Positions 1-12,534 of a DNA stretch of 64,000 nucleotides are shown here, piece by piece. The notes under the pieces were generated by a model that had not been told where the DNA came from, searched no databases, and was given only the letters and a program-made list of their open reading frames with translations. The DNA comes from Oikopleura dioica (Eukaryota > Animalia > Chordata). Within the stretch, counting starts at the first letter, position 1, and every line of letters begins with the position of its first letter. Location: the NCBI GenBank assembly GCA_907165135.1, contig OU015566.1:8742001-8806000 (forward strand). Reading direction: 5' to 3'. The position numbers and the translations under genes are program-made.

Positions 1-678
1 CTCACTGATCTGATCATACCTTCCGGCAAGAGGCTAAATAGCACTCGCTTGTCCGAAAGAGGGCGCTCTTCGATGCATCACCTGCGGCGGGTGAGCCGCC
101 TAACTAACGTAGTCGAAAATGCACATCTGATAAACTAAGCTAGACGAAATTTCCAAATCAAATAACTGAAACTAATTGATTCTCTTCTCAACTTTTTGAA
201 CGGATTTTGAATCCGGGATTCCGTTGGTAGCGCTTGGCGTTCAGGGGAAATGAGTCTGATTATAAACTTTCAAAATATTTACGCCAGCGTAAAACTCTGA
301 GAGACTCCTCTTGTGAAAGATAAGAAAAAAACAAGATTCAATGAAATACTTGCATTTAATTTTCATTTTAACATCGACCGTAGATTCTCGCAGATTTCAG
401 AGATTTGCGTCTCGCTGCATCAGGAAGAGATTCAAAATTGAATGAAAGCGAGAATAAAGCTTTTGATGAATTTCAACAAAAAGGCGGCAAGATCATGAAC
501 GCCAAGTTGCGTGTTTTTGCAGAACCAAAAGTTTTTATCTATCATTTTGTTCATCTGCAGAAAATCATGGATTCTTAGCCATGAAGGGCTTTCAATATCT
601 CAAAGAAAACTAAAAGATTAGAAAAAGACCATATTCTGTAGCCCCAAAAAAGAAGCTTCAAAAGACAACGGTATTCAC

Positions 679-1310
679 ATGTGCACCCTTTGCAATCAAA
701 TCGGTATTTGGAACCGACTGTATAGGTGTAAAGACTCTCATGACTGCGCTGAAATGGAAGAAATTGTCGGCAACCTTCTTACAACCTCAGCGATTGAGTC
801 GAAAATAGTCATTCTTTCTGACAGCGCTTTTGATTCAAACAAGAATCTGCTCGAACATGTGTCGATGAAATTTATGATTCAAGGGGAACTAAAGAAGAAT
901 CGCCCAACCAACTGCAAGGAAATCCGGCAATTGTCGATGTGGGTCAAGGAACTAGTAAACAACTTTTATCGTTCGCGGATAGAGACAGTCCTGTTTACTT
1001 TCTAAAAAAAGCATCAAAGCGCGAAAAGAATCTTGCCGAAATCTACAGTGGCTCTTGGATTGAGTACAGCCTCAGTTTCGAATGGGTTCAAAACAGCATC
1101 GCCAGAAAAAGCCTAGAAAACGCTCTTCTCAAACTTCGAAGGCGCCAAGCAAGAGCACAGCTTATTCAACTTTCGTCAACACTGATGCGAAAATGTTTCA
1201 ATCCAAATGTTAAATTTGGATCTCTTAAAAATGTTACACGGGATTTGGATTCATCGGAAGTCTACGCTGGAAAATGGCTCGATGTATTCAGGAATGGGGT
1301 CGAAATCTAG
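679..1310 (+). CDS. Uncharacterised coding-like segment (two overlapping ORFs offset by one base near 990-1010)
   Basis: ORFs 679-1005 and 939-1310 overlap and could join by a one-base shift near 994-1010; no family recognised. Confidence 0.3.
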
Positions 1311-1636
1311 CCTAAAAGTTTTAGACTCTAAAACTACTTACGACGAAAACGACCCTGAGTGAGTGAGATTGACTACAGTAAGCTTGATTTTATTATGTAA
1401 TCGAATTCATAATAAACCGAATTCCGTCAAATAAACTTTATTAACAGGAAATTATTGAGAAGGTAATCATATCGTGATATAAAAGCAAGTGTTGCCACTA
1501 AACCCAGTGAGCACCAAAAACATTTCCGTGGTCACTATTTTGATCGACATACGAGGAGAAGTCCCCCATGCTTTTGATCCAGTCTGCAACCACGTATTTG
1601 TCAAGATCGTCAGCTAAATAATAATTAAAATCATAA

Positions 1637-2167
1637 CTAATCTCCCTCTATACTTAGCTTATCAATGACACCACTATCATCTTCAACATCTCTTTTGAAA
1701 GCAAAAGTGGGCGCTGTAAAAACAAGAAATGCATTTGAAAATTGAAGCAAATAGAATAAAACAAAATACTTATTCAGCATTGTATATCTGAAAGGTGGTA
1801 ACTCGGTAACTAAGGGGGAAACGACATAAGCCGCTATCCTGCTATTGAATATAGTGTCGATAACCATTCGAGTTGTTAATTTATTTTCAATATTGCTAAT
1901 GACGATAAAACAGAAATTTTTTCTCATTTATTGAAGCCTTAAAAATTATACTTACAATAAACTTTATGGCTACTTATTGTATGCTGCTTGGTTAAATTCA
2001 TCTTCTGATATCTTGACTGCATTTTCGGGCAAATTTCCTGTCGTCTTATAAAGCGATTTCTCCGGCTCAACCCAAGTCATTGTTTGATGAATTACGTCTA
2101 AAAAGATCTTAGTCGCTTGAGGACAAGAAACAAAGATAATTTGAGGAATACTTACCAATTTGATCAT
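1637..2167 (-). CDS. Uncharacterised, possibly membrane protein (two exon-like ORFs)
   Basis: ORFs 1970-2167 and 1637-1927 on the same strand separated by a short gap; hydrophobic stretch YFVLFYLLQFSNAFLVF. Confidence 0.3.
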
Positions 2168-2428
2168 TTATCCGGCCATCGACGAATTTCAAGTATCGCA
2201 CACCATTCTTGAATCAATATTTAGCTATTGTTTAGTTAGGCTTCAGTTAGGGTTAGGAAGAGTGTAAGTAAAATTGCTTTACCTTCGATGAAGAATTTCT
2301 TATATCGAGCTCTATCGTTACTTGCGTTATAACATCCAAGTCATAGGAGCTATCGCCGAGCTCACGAAGTTCCTCTTCAGACATTTCGATATATTTTCTC
2401 TATGAGAATTAATAAATAATCAGAATTA

Positions 2429-4083
2429 TTAAAATATTACCTCTGGAATGAAATCAACCTTGTAATATTGATCATTCATGGAAATCTGGCGACGGAGCAT
2501 TCTAGTCAAATCTTTTCCCAAGTCTCGATGATAATTCTCCAACTTTTGGGGCTTCTTTTCTTCATGAAGGCTTCTCTTTAGTTCTGTCTCTTGCTCTATG
2601 AGCCTTCTGTTTTCATCATTGAGCTTTTTCTGAGAATCATTCCAATCATCTACTCTTTTTGTCAATTCTGCTAATTTCTGTTCGAGTTCTTGTTTCTCTC
2701 TTGTTAACTCGTTGCCCTTTTGAATGTGATTTTCACACTCTTTTTGGAACTGCTGCTTTCGTCTTTCGATTTCTGATAATTTGTACTGGATATGTTCCTG
2801 ATCCGTTGAATACTCTTGCATCAAGAAAAGGTTTGGTGAGGAGGCCATTCGCTGAGCGAAATTATGTTCTTTGTAATTCGGCTTTACAGGAAGAGTATTT
2901 GTCCGTTTGATGGGAGATTTCGAGGGCGTTTCATTTTGAACATACCACGGTAGAGGCTCTTTCTTTGTCGTCTCAGTTTCATTTTTTAGTTTTTCGTAGA
3001 TTGGCATGATACTAAAAATCATATGTTATTTCAATTGTTCGAAGATAAAATTGACAAACACTGGGTGGCTCAGAAGGTCTTTTGCTTTGGGTCGTTTCTT
3101 TCTGAGCTGAAAACATCCCTGGACAATTTCATCGGCTGCAGGGCTTCCTTCCACTCGTCTGTAATTTAGGTTTTCGATACGTTTTTTTATTTCCATTCTC
3201 TTCTTTTCCAGGTTTTTCTTCTTTTTATCATCTGCAGAACAAAACGGATTTTCAAGCATGATCATCTCGTAAAGAACAACGCCAATAGCCCAGATATCGA
3301 GATCGGTACCAAATTTCGAGTTTTCAGTTTCTATGAAAAACTCGATGGGGTAGTAATCAATGTCACCGGTTGCTTTCATAGGCTTGGTAAAGTATAAAGC
3401 ATCTAACTGAGAAAAAGAATTTATCCAAAAGGGTATTTTTCAGATTATTAATCCAAGCCTGACACCGTTGAAGTAACACCATGATCCAGTTGCTTTGCGA
3501 AAGAAAAACCTCCCAATTTGCATCTTTCTTTCTTGCGATTGAAGAGAATGTTTTCAGGTTTCACAAGACGATGAATGATGCCCTTTTCGTGAATGAATTC
3601 GAGAGCCATGGTGATTTGCGTGAACCAGTTCCATATGCTTTGCTCGTTCAATTTAACGTCTATAAAATTATTATTTTCGTAAAAAAAGACTGATAAGTTT
3701 ACTTCTTTGAAGTGCATTTTCGATTGTAGATCTGAGGCTACCACCTTCACAGTATTCCATTACGATCCAAAATTCTCTGGGAAGCGAGAATCCTGCTTGC
3801 CAGATTCGTGCTCGTCCAAGTAGCGGACGATAAATGGATGAACAAGTTTTTTCAGACGGGCTGCTTCGAGTCTAATATTCGCAAGTTCATTCTTTGCCTT
3901 CTCTCTATTCCTGCTCAATTCAATATGTTTGATGACAACGAGCGTTCCCTCTTTGATAAGATCATTGCCTTGCTTCTTCTTCGCTAGAATCGTTTTTCCT
4001 AGAACGCCTTTTTCCACGTGTCCAAGTGTCTTTTCCTTTTTGTATTCTTTTTCGTACTCTTTAAAAAAGAAATCGCTAAACAT
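2429..4083 (-). CDS. NEK-like protein kinase-fold protein with C-terminal coiled coil; catalytic motifs degenerate (probable pseudokinase)
   Basis: Kinase subdomains in order: VVIK, LVHPFIVRY, WIVMEYCEGG, QITMALEFIHEKGIIHRLVKPENIL, KLGGFSFAK, DIWAIGVVLYEM. A 48-nt GT-AG intron links the kinase ORF (3026-3379) to the coiled-coil ORF (2429-3022). 5' end not resolved. Confidence 0.75.
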
Positions 4084-5312
4084 TTCTGTCAGAGATCAGG
4101 AATCGTAAGAAACGCGATTTTGAACCGCCAATATTTGCGATTTTGGCAAGATTCTTTCACGATTATCGTTAAAATTTAACCTTGATCCTCCTTCTATCGC
4201 GTTATGAAACAATCTTAAAATTTGAACAAGATTCAGAAAAGCGTTTACGGAGCACTTTTTCACCGATTTGAGCGTGGTAACCAGATTACACCCAAACTTG
4301 ACGAATTAATTTTCGGAGAGCTATTTAATTTCCTCAGTAGCTCTTTAGAAACAAATATTGTTTCTCCTCTAGCGGTGATGTCAAGTTCAACCAATTTTAA
4401 ACATCATCTGTCTACTCGCTCTAGAACCGTTGTTTATCTAAGCTAACATCCTGCAAAGAAAGACACAGAAGACAAGTGTTTGAAAAAGTGATAGGTTTTT
4501 ATTGCTTTTTGCAATATAAATTCTTGTTGCTCACCCCAAAGGGAGATAGGTTTTTATTGCTTTTTGTCGAAAGCAACAAAACCGAAGAGGACCTGATATT
4601 TCATCAGGTAATTCACCTTCTTCCGTCTTTTCGAAGAAGCCTCAATTCGACCAGTCCAACCCCATTATGGGTTGCTGACCGCTGAAGAACGGTCATTCCG
4701 TTCTTTTTCTTCTAAATAATAATTTCAATAATTGATTAAAAACGGGGCTTCTCACCTTGTTTCTTTCGCTGCCGGACCAGGAAAAATCCTGAGACTGACC
4801 AAATTCTGTTTCTAAGCCCTCACAACAACTTTTGTTCTAGAAGATTTTAGTGAAAATTTTTGATAATTGAAACTTTCGTCTAGAGAAATTCTTGCTTTGA
4901 GCGGGTTTCAAATTGAAATTTATAATGGCGAAGTCATTTTTATTTTTACTGTAGCGAAAGCAAGGTGTTTCACAGGAGCATTTTCGCAGACCAAACTTTT
5001 AATCATCGGCCCGTCAAATTGTCACTAATTAACAATCAAGTTCGCTGTCTTGCGCACTTCCGTAACTGTGAAATCGGCGGCCAAGTCTTACGTTTGCCAC
5101 TGCTGCTAATTTGGCGTACAGTGGCGTGTCTAAAACCGCATGCAATTTGGCGGCTTCGATCGTGATTGATCCTTCTCGATAGATGGCGCTGCATGGCACT
5201 AATTCGACGAGATTTCCGTCGCATGGCAGAAATCGGACGTTGCTCTTTGAGAGGAGGGAGAATTTGTTTTCCAAAAAAGCCGCGGGAATGGAATGCGGCT
5301 CAGAGAAATTTC

Positions 5313-6758
5313 AGTCTTATTGCTAGCAGCCAAGGTCGATGGATTTGCCTACTACGATACTTATGAAGGAAAGTTTTCAAGAAAATCACAATTTTAACAG
5401 TAGCTTTGTTATTTGAAAGTCTTGAAATTTTAGGCAAATATTCAATTAATATGTTTCATTGAATAAGTTAATTTTTCTTAAAAATTTGATAATTTTTTAA
5501 AAATGTTCTTTGAATCCGTCTATTGAAAACAACAAAGACTACTCGGAATTAATCGGCAGTGTTGGAGAAAACGAAACTTATATAAAAACAGTTGACCTGA
5601 GCGAAGGGCTTGATCGAAGCTTTGCCGCCCGTGCCGATCTTTATGATCTTCCTGAGGCGGTCAAAAGTGGCGAAATCACCCTCGACGATCTTCTAGCGGA
5701 GACTGGTTTTGATTTGAAATTATCCGAAGAGGATAGATTTCAGAAATTGCGCCAATTTCGGCGACTGGTAAATTGAGACTTTTGATTTTTAGGTAGAGTA
5801 ACGACCAAATTTGAAATGAACTTTAGTACACATTTTATTTGGTCGGATATCGACTTAGACCCGCTCATTTGGTTCAATATGGTTGTTGGTGTTTTCCAAG
5901 AGGCCAGGTAAGTTTAAATTTTTCGTCAAAGCCTATTTTTGTTTCAGCTTATAATGGGCTACGGTCAGCCAATCGACAATATTGATGCTACATGTAGGAA
6001 TCATCAGGTAATCAAGTTTTCCCACGCTGTGCTCAATTCAGAAATGCTGACGTTTCTCCAAATGTCATCTACGTTGCTTACTTCCGTCTCGTTACCGGTT
6101 CAATTAAAATTTTGAAACGAAGGAGATTCTCCGAAGAAATTTACTTTATATATTCAGCTTTGTCTCAACTGCGTTGGGTTGGATACAAACTATGAGTGCA
6201 ATCCGCATACTCAGCCGTACCGAGTTTACGGTCAAATCTACCAGAATGGTATGTTGCTTTTGAATCACGTATTGGACAAGAAGAGTAAAAGAGATACTCT
6301 CTTTTCATACTCTCTATTTGTTGTTCAGATTATCAGATAGCAAAGGATGAGAGCTTTCCAGAAACAATTATATTTTTTGTGTTAACATGAAAATTAGGGC
6401 GCCGACTGATGTGCAAAGACCCACCTGGCTCATGTGCGTGGCTTGCTTGTCAGTGCGATGTTAATATGGGTACATTAACGTATATTCATACTTTTTGTAA
6501 CGAATCGTTTTTCAAGTAACAACGAGTATTATCGAGTCGCTGAAGGGTTACAAGCCTCGCTATTGGATGTACGATCCGCGCCGATGCACCGGATACGACC
6601 AGCAGCACGAGATGCCACCCGATCAATGTTGTGGAAAATACCCGGAAAGGTTCCCTTATCATTCTACGGAAAGGTCCTGTTGCGCCGGGAAAACCTACAA
6701 CCCTGACTACAAAGAATGCTGCGCGAGCGAAGATGTCCGAAATCTGGGAGAATGTTAG
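5313..6758 (+). CDS. Secreted phospholipase A2-like protein with C-terminal Cys-rich (galaxin-like) repeat
   Basis: Spliced reading gives QYGCWCFPRGQ|LIMGYGQPIDNIDATCRNHQ|LCLNC...ACQCD (PLA2 fold pattern), then CCGKYPERFPY...CCAGKTYNPDYKECC. Start codon not located. Confidence 0.75.
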
Positions 6759-7235
6759 TTCATGAAGTTGATAAGTCTCTTATGAAGAGCTTGTCATTGC
6801 AACCTAATTTTTTCACGTGATTTATCATTTTTTCTCTTCCCCTTTTTAAACGAATCAAAAACAAACCATTATTTTTACGAATTTGTATCTCAATCTGTAA
6901 ATAACTGTACATTCCACTTTTTTCTACAGCTCGAGTCATCGCATGTTCACAGCTTGAATATCTGACATTTGACATCTCGCACATTTGACATTTCAAATCG
7001 AACAAATACGGAAATTCCAAGTATGAATAGCGCTCTTCACAAAACTGCTTTCCCAAACTCATCAATAAAACAAGAAAGCACCGAAAATAAAAGTTTCATA
7101 AGTCTTATTCATATCTTTTCGGACCATAAACTTCAGAAATCTGCCAAAAGTGATTTTCATGGTTGAGGAGAGTTCGCAGGATCAATCTTAGTGATCATCC
7201 CGGGAGAAAGTATTTCAAAAAAGAGATACTAGAAG

Positions 7236-8168
7236 ATGAGCTTCAAGCTTATTTTTCTTGCACTTGGATCACTGGAGGCCTTGCAGTGCTATCAATGTGG
7301 TACAGTTTTTGGGTAAGTATCTGAGATTCTGAGTCTACTGAAAATAGCATTTGTTTGAGAGAATTCGAAAAGCTCATTTTACGAAAAAGTAGAGTAGTCA
7401 TCGTTGATTTCAACTTAAAATTCCATATTTTAAATACCAAGTATCGTCAACGTCTAGCCATTTTATTTAGCGGTCCTTGCGATGGTAACTTTGAGCGAAC
7501 ATACGCAACTTGTCGCTATCTCACCGATCCAGTCTGCTACTATAACGAGACAAGGCAAGCAAAATAGAAAACCATAATTAATTGATTTTGCTCTAACACA
7601 ATTTCAGAAAATATGCAATCTCGCAAAACCTCGGTGTGCGCAGCCCATACGAGTAAGTCACTTTTTCTTCTAAATTTTTCAACAAAAAAACTGTGATTTT
7701 AAAAACATAAATTTCAAGCGTCGAAGTTTACAGAGAAGCCGGATGCGTTTCGAGAAAGGAAATTATGCCGAAAAACGAGTGCTCAGAGATTTACGTCGGA
7801 CGAGTCGCCAGCAAACTCGAAGTAAAGACCCTTGATTTGATTCAAAAGTAAAAAATCGTTTCCGATCTGACAACAAAATTAAGGCAATGAAATGGCAAAG
7901 CTTCACCGCATCAACTGGTCAAGCGAAAATCCTAATAGAGGTGGGTTCAAATTTCTTCTAAAACCCTACTTCCGCAATCGATTCTTTCGCCCTCTTAAAC
8001 TCCTTCATATACCCTTAAACTTTATTAAAACGGTAAGAGTAATCAGAATTTCAGACTTGCGGCACGACATGCTCGCGTGACGGATGTACGTTCTATAGCT
8101 TGGATTCAGCCTTTGCTACAGCCGTTTCTTCCGCTGTTCTTTTGTTTGTTTTTCTGCTCAATATGTAA
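7236..8168 (+). CDS. GPI-anchored Ly6/uPAR (three-finger) protein
   Basis: Signal peptide MSFKLIFLALGSLEA, then LQCYQC...PCD...TCR...VCY...REAGC...CGTTCSRDGC and a hydrophobic C-terminal tail; five exons, one intron GC-AG (7555-7607). Confidence 0.8.
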
Positions 8169-8288
8169 CAATCAAAAGATGGATTTCTTGATCGTTTATT
8201 GATATGTACAGGAACATTACATGATGGAACTTCTCTTCAATTTCCTGGGCGTATGTTCTAACAAATTAAAATTAGGCAGCTTGATGAA

Positions 8289-9757
8289 TTACACTGTATT
8301 GCTGAATGATCCTTCTGCATTGCAAAAATTTCCCTCGCAACAGTAGACGCAAACATCAACGAGCGTTCTCCTTGAATAACATCTATCAAACCTTTTTCAT
8401 GAAATTAAAAACAAACCTCTGGCCCCCGCCACAAAGGCCCATTGCTTTGAACATCGCCCTTTGATTCTCGCACGCTAGTTTTTGTTTACATCTTTTTTCG
8501 AATCGAGCAGGGAGGCCATTTTCAGCCCTTACTACTGTTTGGCACATCTGACCCTTGCTGATATCGCAATGTTTCTTTTCATCGTTACAAGCTAGAACAT
8601 AGAAGTATGAACATCTGAATCATTTGAGTTGAACAATACCTTGATTACCCACTTTTGAGTTACAAACGATACATTTGTAGAGGTCTTCATTTTTCGGATC
8701 AATCAAGGAGGCGTTCGCTTTCACACTCAACTCTTGGCCACTTGTTAGTACTATTTTCATGCTTTGTGTGGCTAATTAATCATTGAAAAAATAGTTATGG
8801 CTGAAATAACGGAAAATGACGGATTTTCTTAGATGCTCTTTTTTAATTGCCATTCCTTATCAAATACTTGAAGCCAGAAGTTGCTCCTGTCCAAGTGTAA
8901 CCAGTCCAAGAAGGATCAATAACCGGAATCTCCGTGGAATCGCCAAACTGATCTATCGCTACTATCTATATCAATTTCTTGGTCAAGATGATCGAGTTCA
9001 AAAGTACCGTTATATTTTGCACGCTTCCTGATGCTCGCTGACCTCCGAAGTTGCTCAAATCGTTCCAGGTCATTTGAATGGTCGTCGGACCGAGAATTTC
9101 TATTCTAAGGCCAACAATCGAGTTGTCTTCGTTATCTGCAAGAGTCGTTTGCGGTGCAGTTGTTGTTGTTGTAATAATTGACGTAGAAACGAAAGAGGTC
9201 GTTTGTGTTGTTAGTTCAGCTGTCGTTTCTGTTACTGCCTCTGTTGTGGTGATTGTTTCCGTGGTTGTTTCTCCGGAGATACAATCAGGCCAAGGAGCTG
9301 TCCAAAGTTTTTCTTTTTTCTGGCAAGTGATGGTCGTTGGACTGTCGACTGGATCAAGAACTCCAGTTAGACATGAAACCTCGCACGTTGACTTCTTTCT
9401 GTACCCATTCGAGCAGGTAATGCTCAGATCGGGCTTATACGGCGGAGCATCGCAACACTCGGCGCATTTACAGAAGCCGAGAAACTCGACATTTCCGTCG
9501 TCTCTACAAACCAATTCGGAAACATCGCCGATAAGAGCCATTCCGTCCATACAATCAAACGTGCATTTTGTACTTTCTTTGATCGTCCCGTCGATTTCGA
9601 ACTGCGAATCGCTGCATTGCAAATTCTCTAGGTTATTTTTGCCCGCGTCTGGCACAGTGCAAGTAACGAAGCCATTTCGAGCGGTGATATTCTGAGCCTC
9701 TGTTAGCGTCGAAAAAAGGGTAAAAACTGTATTAAATATTTTTCGTGTGGAGATCAT
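8289..9757 (-). CDS. Secreted mosaic protein: sushi/CCP repeats, Thr-rich mucin stalk, FN3-like domain, Ly6/uPAR domain
   Basis: ORF 8966-9793 has CCP-type Cys/Trp spacing and a TTTE-rich stalk. Splicing (42-nt GT-AG, then 94-nt GA-AG at 8762-8855) continues in frame into KCIVCNSK...CVYCCEGNFCN, stop at 8289-8291. Confidence 0.7.
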
Positions 9758-10539
9758 TCTAAAAATCGGTTGATTCCTAATTCTGATCTGCAAAGCATGA
9801 CATTGCTCGAGTATCGTGATCTATCACTTTGGCGCTGTTGAGCGCGCCATAACCGCTGGGTACTAAGGTGTAAGCTTGACACCTGATAGGCTCGTCGGAC
9901 GTTAAGTCTAAGCCAAACCCAAGGTTTCCAGCTGGCCGACGCGTAATCCAACTCAAAAATGGCAACGTTATTTTGGCAGTCTTGTAGAAACCTGAGCATT
10001 GAAGAGAAAAATCAACATTCAAAGACCCACTAGCTTCAAAAATGGAAATACATGTCAACAAGGAAATCAACGATGATTAGCAAATATCTCGGAAAAAAGC
10101 TAAAAAACTAACGACCTAACGTCATATCAGAACGACTGAGGTTTAACTCTCCGACTTATGACGCGTTAATAACTATGGGACAGACAATTTAAAGAAATTA
10201 GATATAAATTATACGTAATACCAGCCGCAATATCAAGTTTATATCGTGAGCTGAATCACCAAACGAAGTTCGTTTTATCAATTTTTTCATTTATGAACAC
10301 ATAAATGTAATATTACAATTTTTTATAATTATTACATGCACATTTATGATAAGCAAATTTTTGATTCGACGTTTATCATATTTTCAGAAATAATAAATAA
10401 TAGTTTTTTGAGAGAGAAGACCTTATGGAACAGATTTTACATTCGACACCTTTTAGTCCAGCACATTGCGTTGGAGAGTTTCTTAGCCCTGGATACGAGG
10501 GATCAGGTTATGAAGGTGGCGCGAAAACGTGACGCGTTC

Positions 10540-11438
10540 GATTAAAGACCAGTTGAGCTCGATTACATACTCAAATGCTGGATTATCCCTGAGCCTCCTG
10601 ATTTCATACGTTGACAGGAATTTTTCCGTTTGCGGATTAAATATTCCTTCCTAGAAAACTTAGACCGGCTCTTTATTAGCTTTCAGATTTTGATGACAGA
10701 TAGAAAATTGTTCATGTCTTTCGCCAGTTTTTCTTCGTGCAAGTTCGTAGCTTCGTGAGATTCATACTGTTAAAAAGTGTAAAAGAAATAACAATGAAAT
10801 CATTCCTTGAAGCTTTTTGGAAACTCGGGTGGAAGAATAAACTTGACTTACAGCGAGAGCTTTCTTCCTTTTGAATCCTGTCATCTCGCCATCTTAAAAT
10901 CAGTATATCTCGTCATCTCTTTCCATAAATGTGCGCTCACTTTTAATAAAATTTTTCAACGCTGATGATCCTCGTCCCTCCTCGTTGAGCCATCCGGTGT
11001 GCAACTTTAGCGTTTTGAGAGTAAGATTCATCTGTTTAATTTCATCCGAGATAGGTATGATCCCGATTCTATGGAATAAACGCGCTGAATACCAGATATT
11101 GTTACCCTTACCTCTTCTCTTAGAGAGGAACTTTTATACTGTAGCGGTGTTGTTATCGGTCGGGTTAGGCCCTAACCGTTAGGGAGCAAGAAGGTCTTAC
11201 CTCGGTTAGGCTTAGAATTAGGGGTTTCCCGACCAATAAAAGTGAGCTGTTCCTTGCCTTGGTCCAGTTGTTTGAGCTCATATTTGAGAGTTCTTGCTTC
11301 TCTTCTGTTCTTGCTGTGCGCTTTCTGTACTCTTGCTGAAGCAAATGAAACTAAGGTGGCATTTCCAATATGAAATAAAAAAATTGTCTTTGCTTTTGAA
11401 ATGCTTCCTGGGCGAGCTCCGCCTGCTGACATGGTCAA
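10540..11438 (-). CDS. Possible uncharacterised multi-exon gene
   Basis: Several exon-like segments bounded by AG and GTAAG on the minus strand; no family recognised. Confidence 0.25.
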
Positions 11439-12156
11439 ATGATAGTCTCGTAATCGAGTGGAACGCTTTTAGCAAGACAAAGAAAGTATCAAATTCGATG
11501 TTAAAATTCTCTCACAAGTCCAGTTAAAATTATAAGCCTATAAAATATCAACCGAAAGATCTCAAAAAAGGAGCACTAAATCGCTTTTAATTATTTTTTA
11601 CGATTTTTGAAGTGCAAAATTTCGAAAAGATAATTTGACAAGTGTGTCTCCGAGAAGGAGAAATTTTTATCTTTGATGTGTCTCTTTACGATAATTATTT
11701 TTGTACTACCGTTTGTTTCTGAAAATTTCGTTTATGAATTAATTAGTATTGTGTCCACTTTAGTTTTTATGGCGCTGTTGGTTTTGGTGGTGCAGCACCT
11801 CCACCAGCGCTCACTAAAAACAATAGCTTGTGGAAAGATTTAAGCAAACCGTTAATCCTTGAAAACGTAACATTTAATAAGAGAATTATACTTACTCATT
11901 ACAGTTATTGAAAGAGCAACAGAAATAACCTGCAACGATGTATAAGATAAGGTAATATAACTCAAAGTCTTCCTTAAATTAGAGCGCCTTCCATTTCCAT
12001 TATTGAGATAAAATAGAAATTTCGGCGAAATTATTTCGCTTCATGGTCTCATTTCCCCAAATTCATTCCTCATTTCCTTTTGACCTTTTGAAAAACCTGG
12101 TCCTATCTGTCATGTAAGATGCGCTGAGAATTCAATACAAGTACAGTTGGTTTCCT

Positions 12157-12534
12157 AATTTCCGGACTAATTTTGTCCCCTGGTTTCCAAAAAATGTCCG
12201 GAAATTTAGGTCACCGGAAAAATTTTATGTCCCACCAAGTATTCTTAAAAAGCGTTGGTACAGGGTCAATACAAAGAGATTATGAAAGAAAAACCACTTA
12301 ATGACCCTTAGTTTTTACTCTTCTTCTTCAACCTCGCGAACAAGCTCAGCTTGCGCCCAAAAAGAAGTTAATTTAAGCGAAAATTGATTCCTTTTTTAGA
12401 GAAAATGATGACTAATCAATAAAATTTTGAAAAAAAGTCCGGAAATTTGGACAATGGTCGATTTTGTAGTGTCCCACTAAGATGCCTTAAAATCTGAAAA
12501 ATGTCCGGAAATTTGGACTCCGGAAATTTCCGGA
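12157..12534. repeat. Cluster of TCCGGAAATTT motifs, probably subterminal repeats of a decayed DNA transposon
   Basis: Forward copies at 12197, 12438, 12504 and 12519; an inverted copy at 12157; perfect 16-bp palindrome TCCGGAAATTTCCGGA at 12519-12534. Confidence 0.5.

Noticed and set aside
2240-2260. TTAGGG-like repeats (also near 11205-11225)
   Set aside because: Only one to two degenerate units; not a telomeric array.
9078-9695. Long antisense ORFs (e.g. 9078-9695, 26500-26955, 48410-48853, 48751-49215)
   Set aside because: Shadow frames opposite well-supported coding exons.
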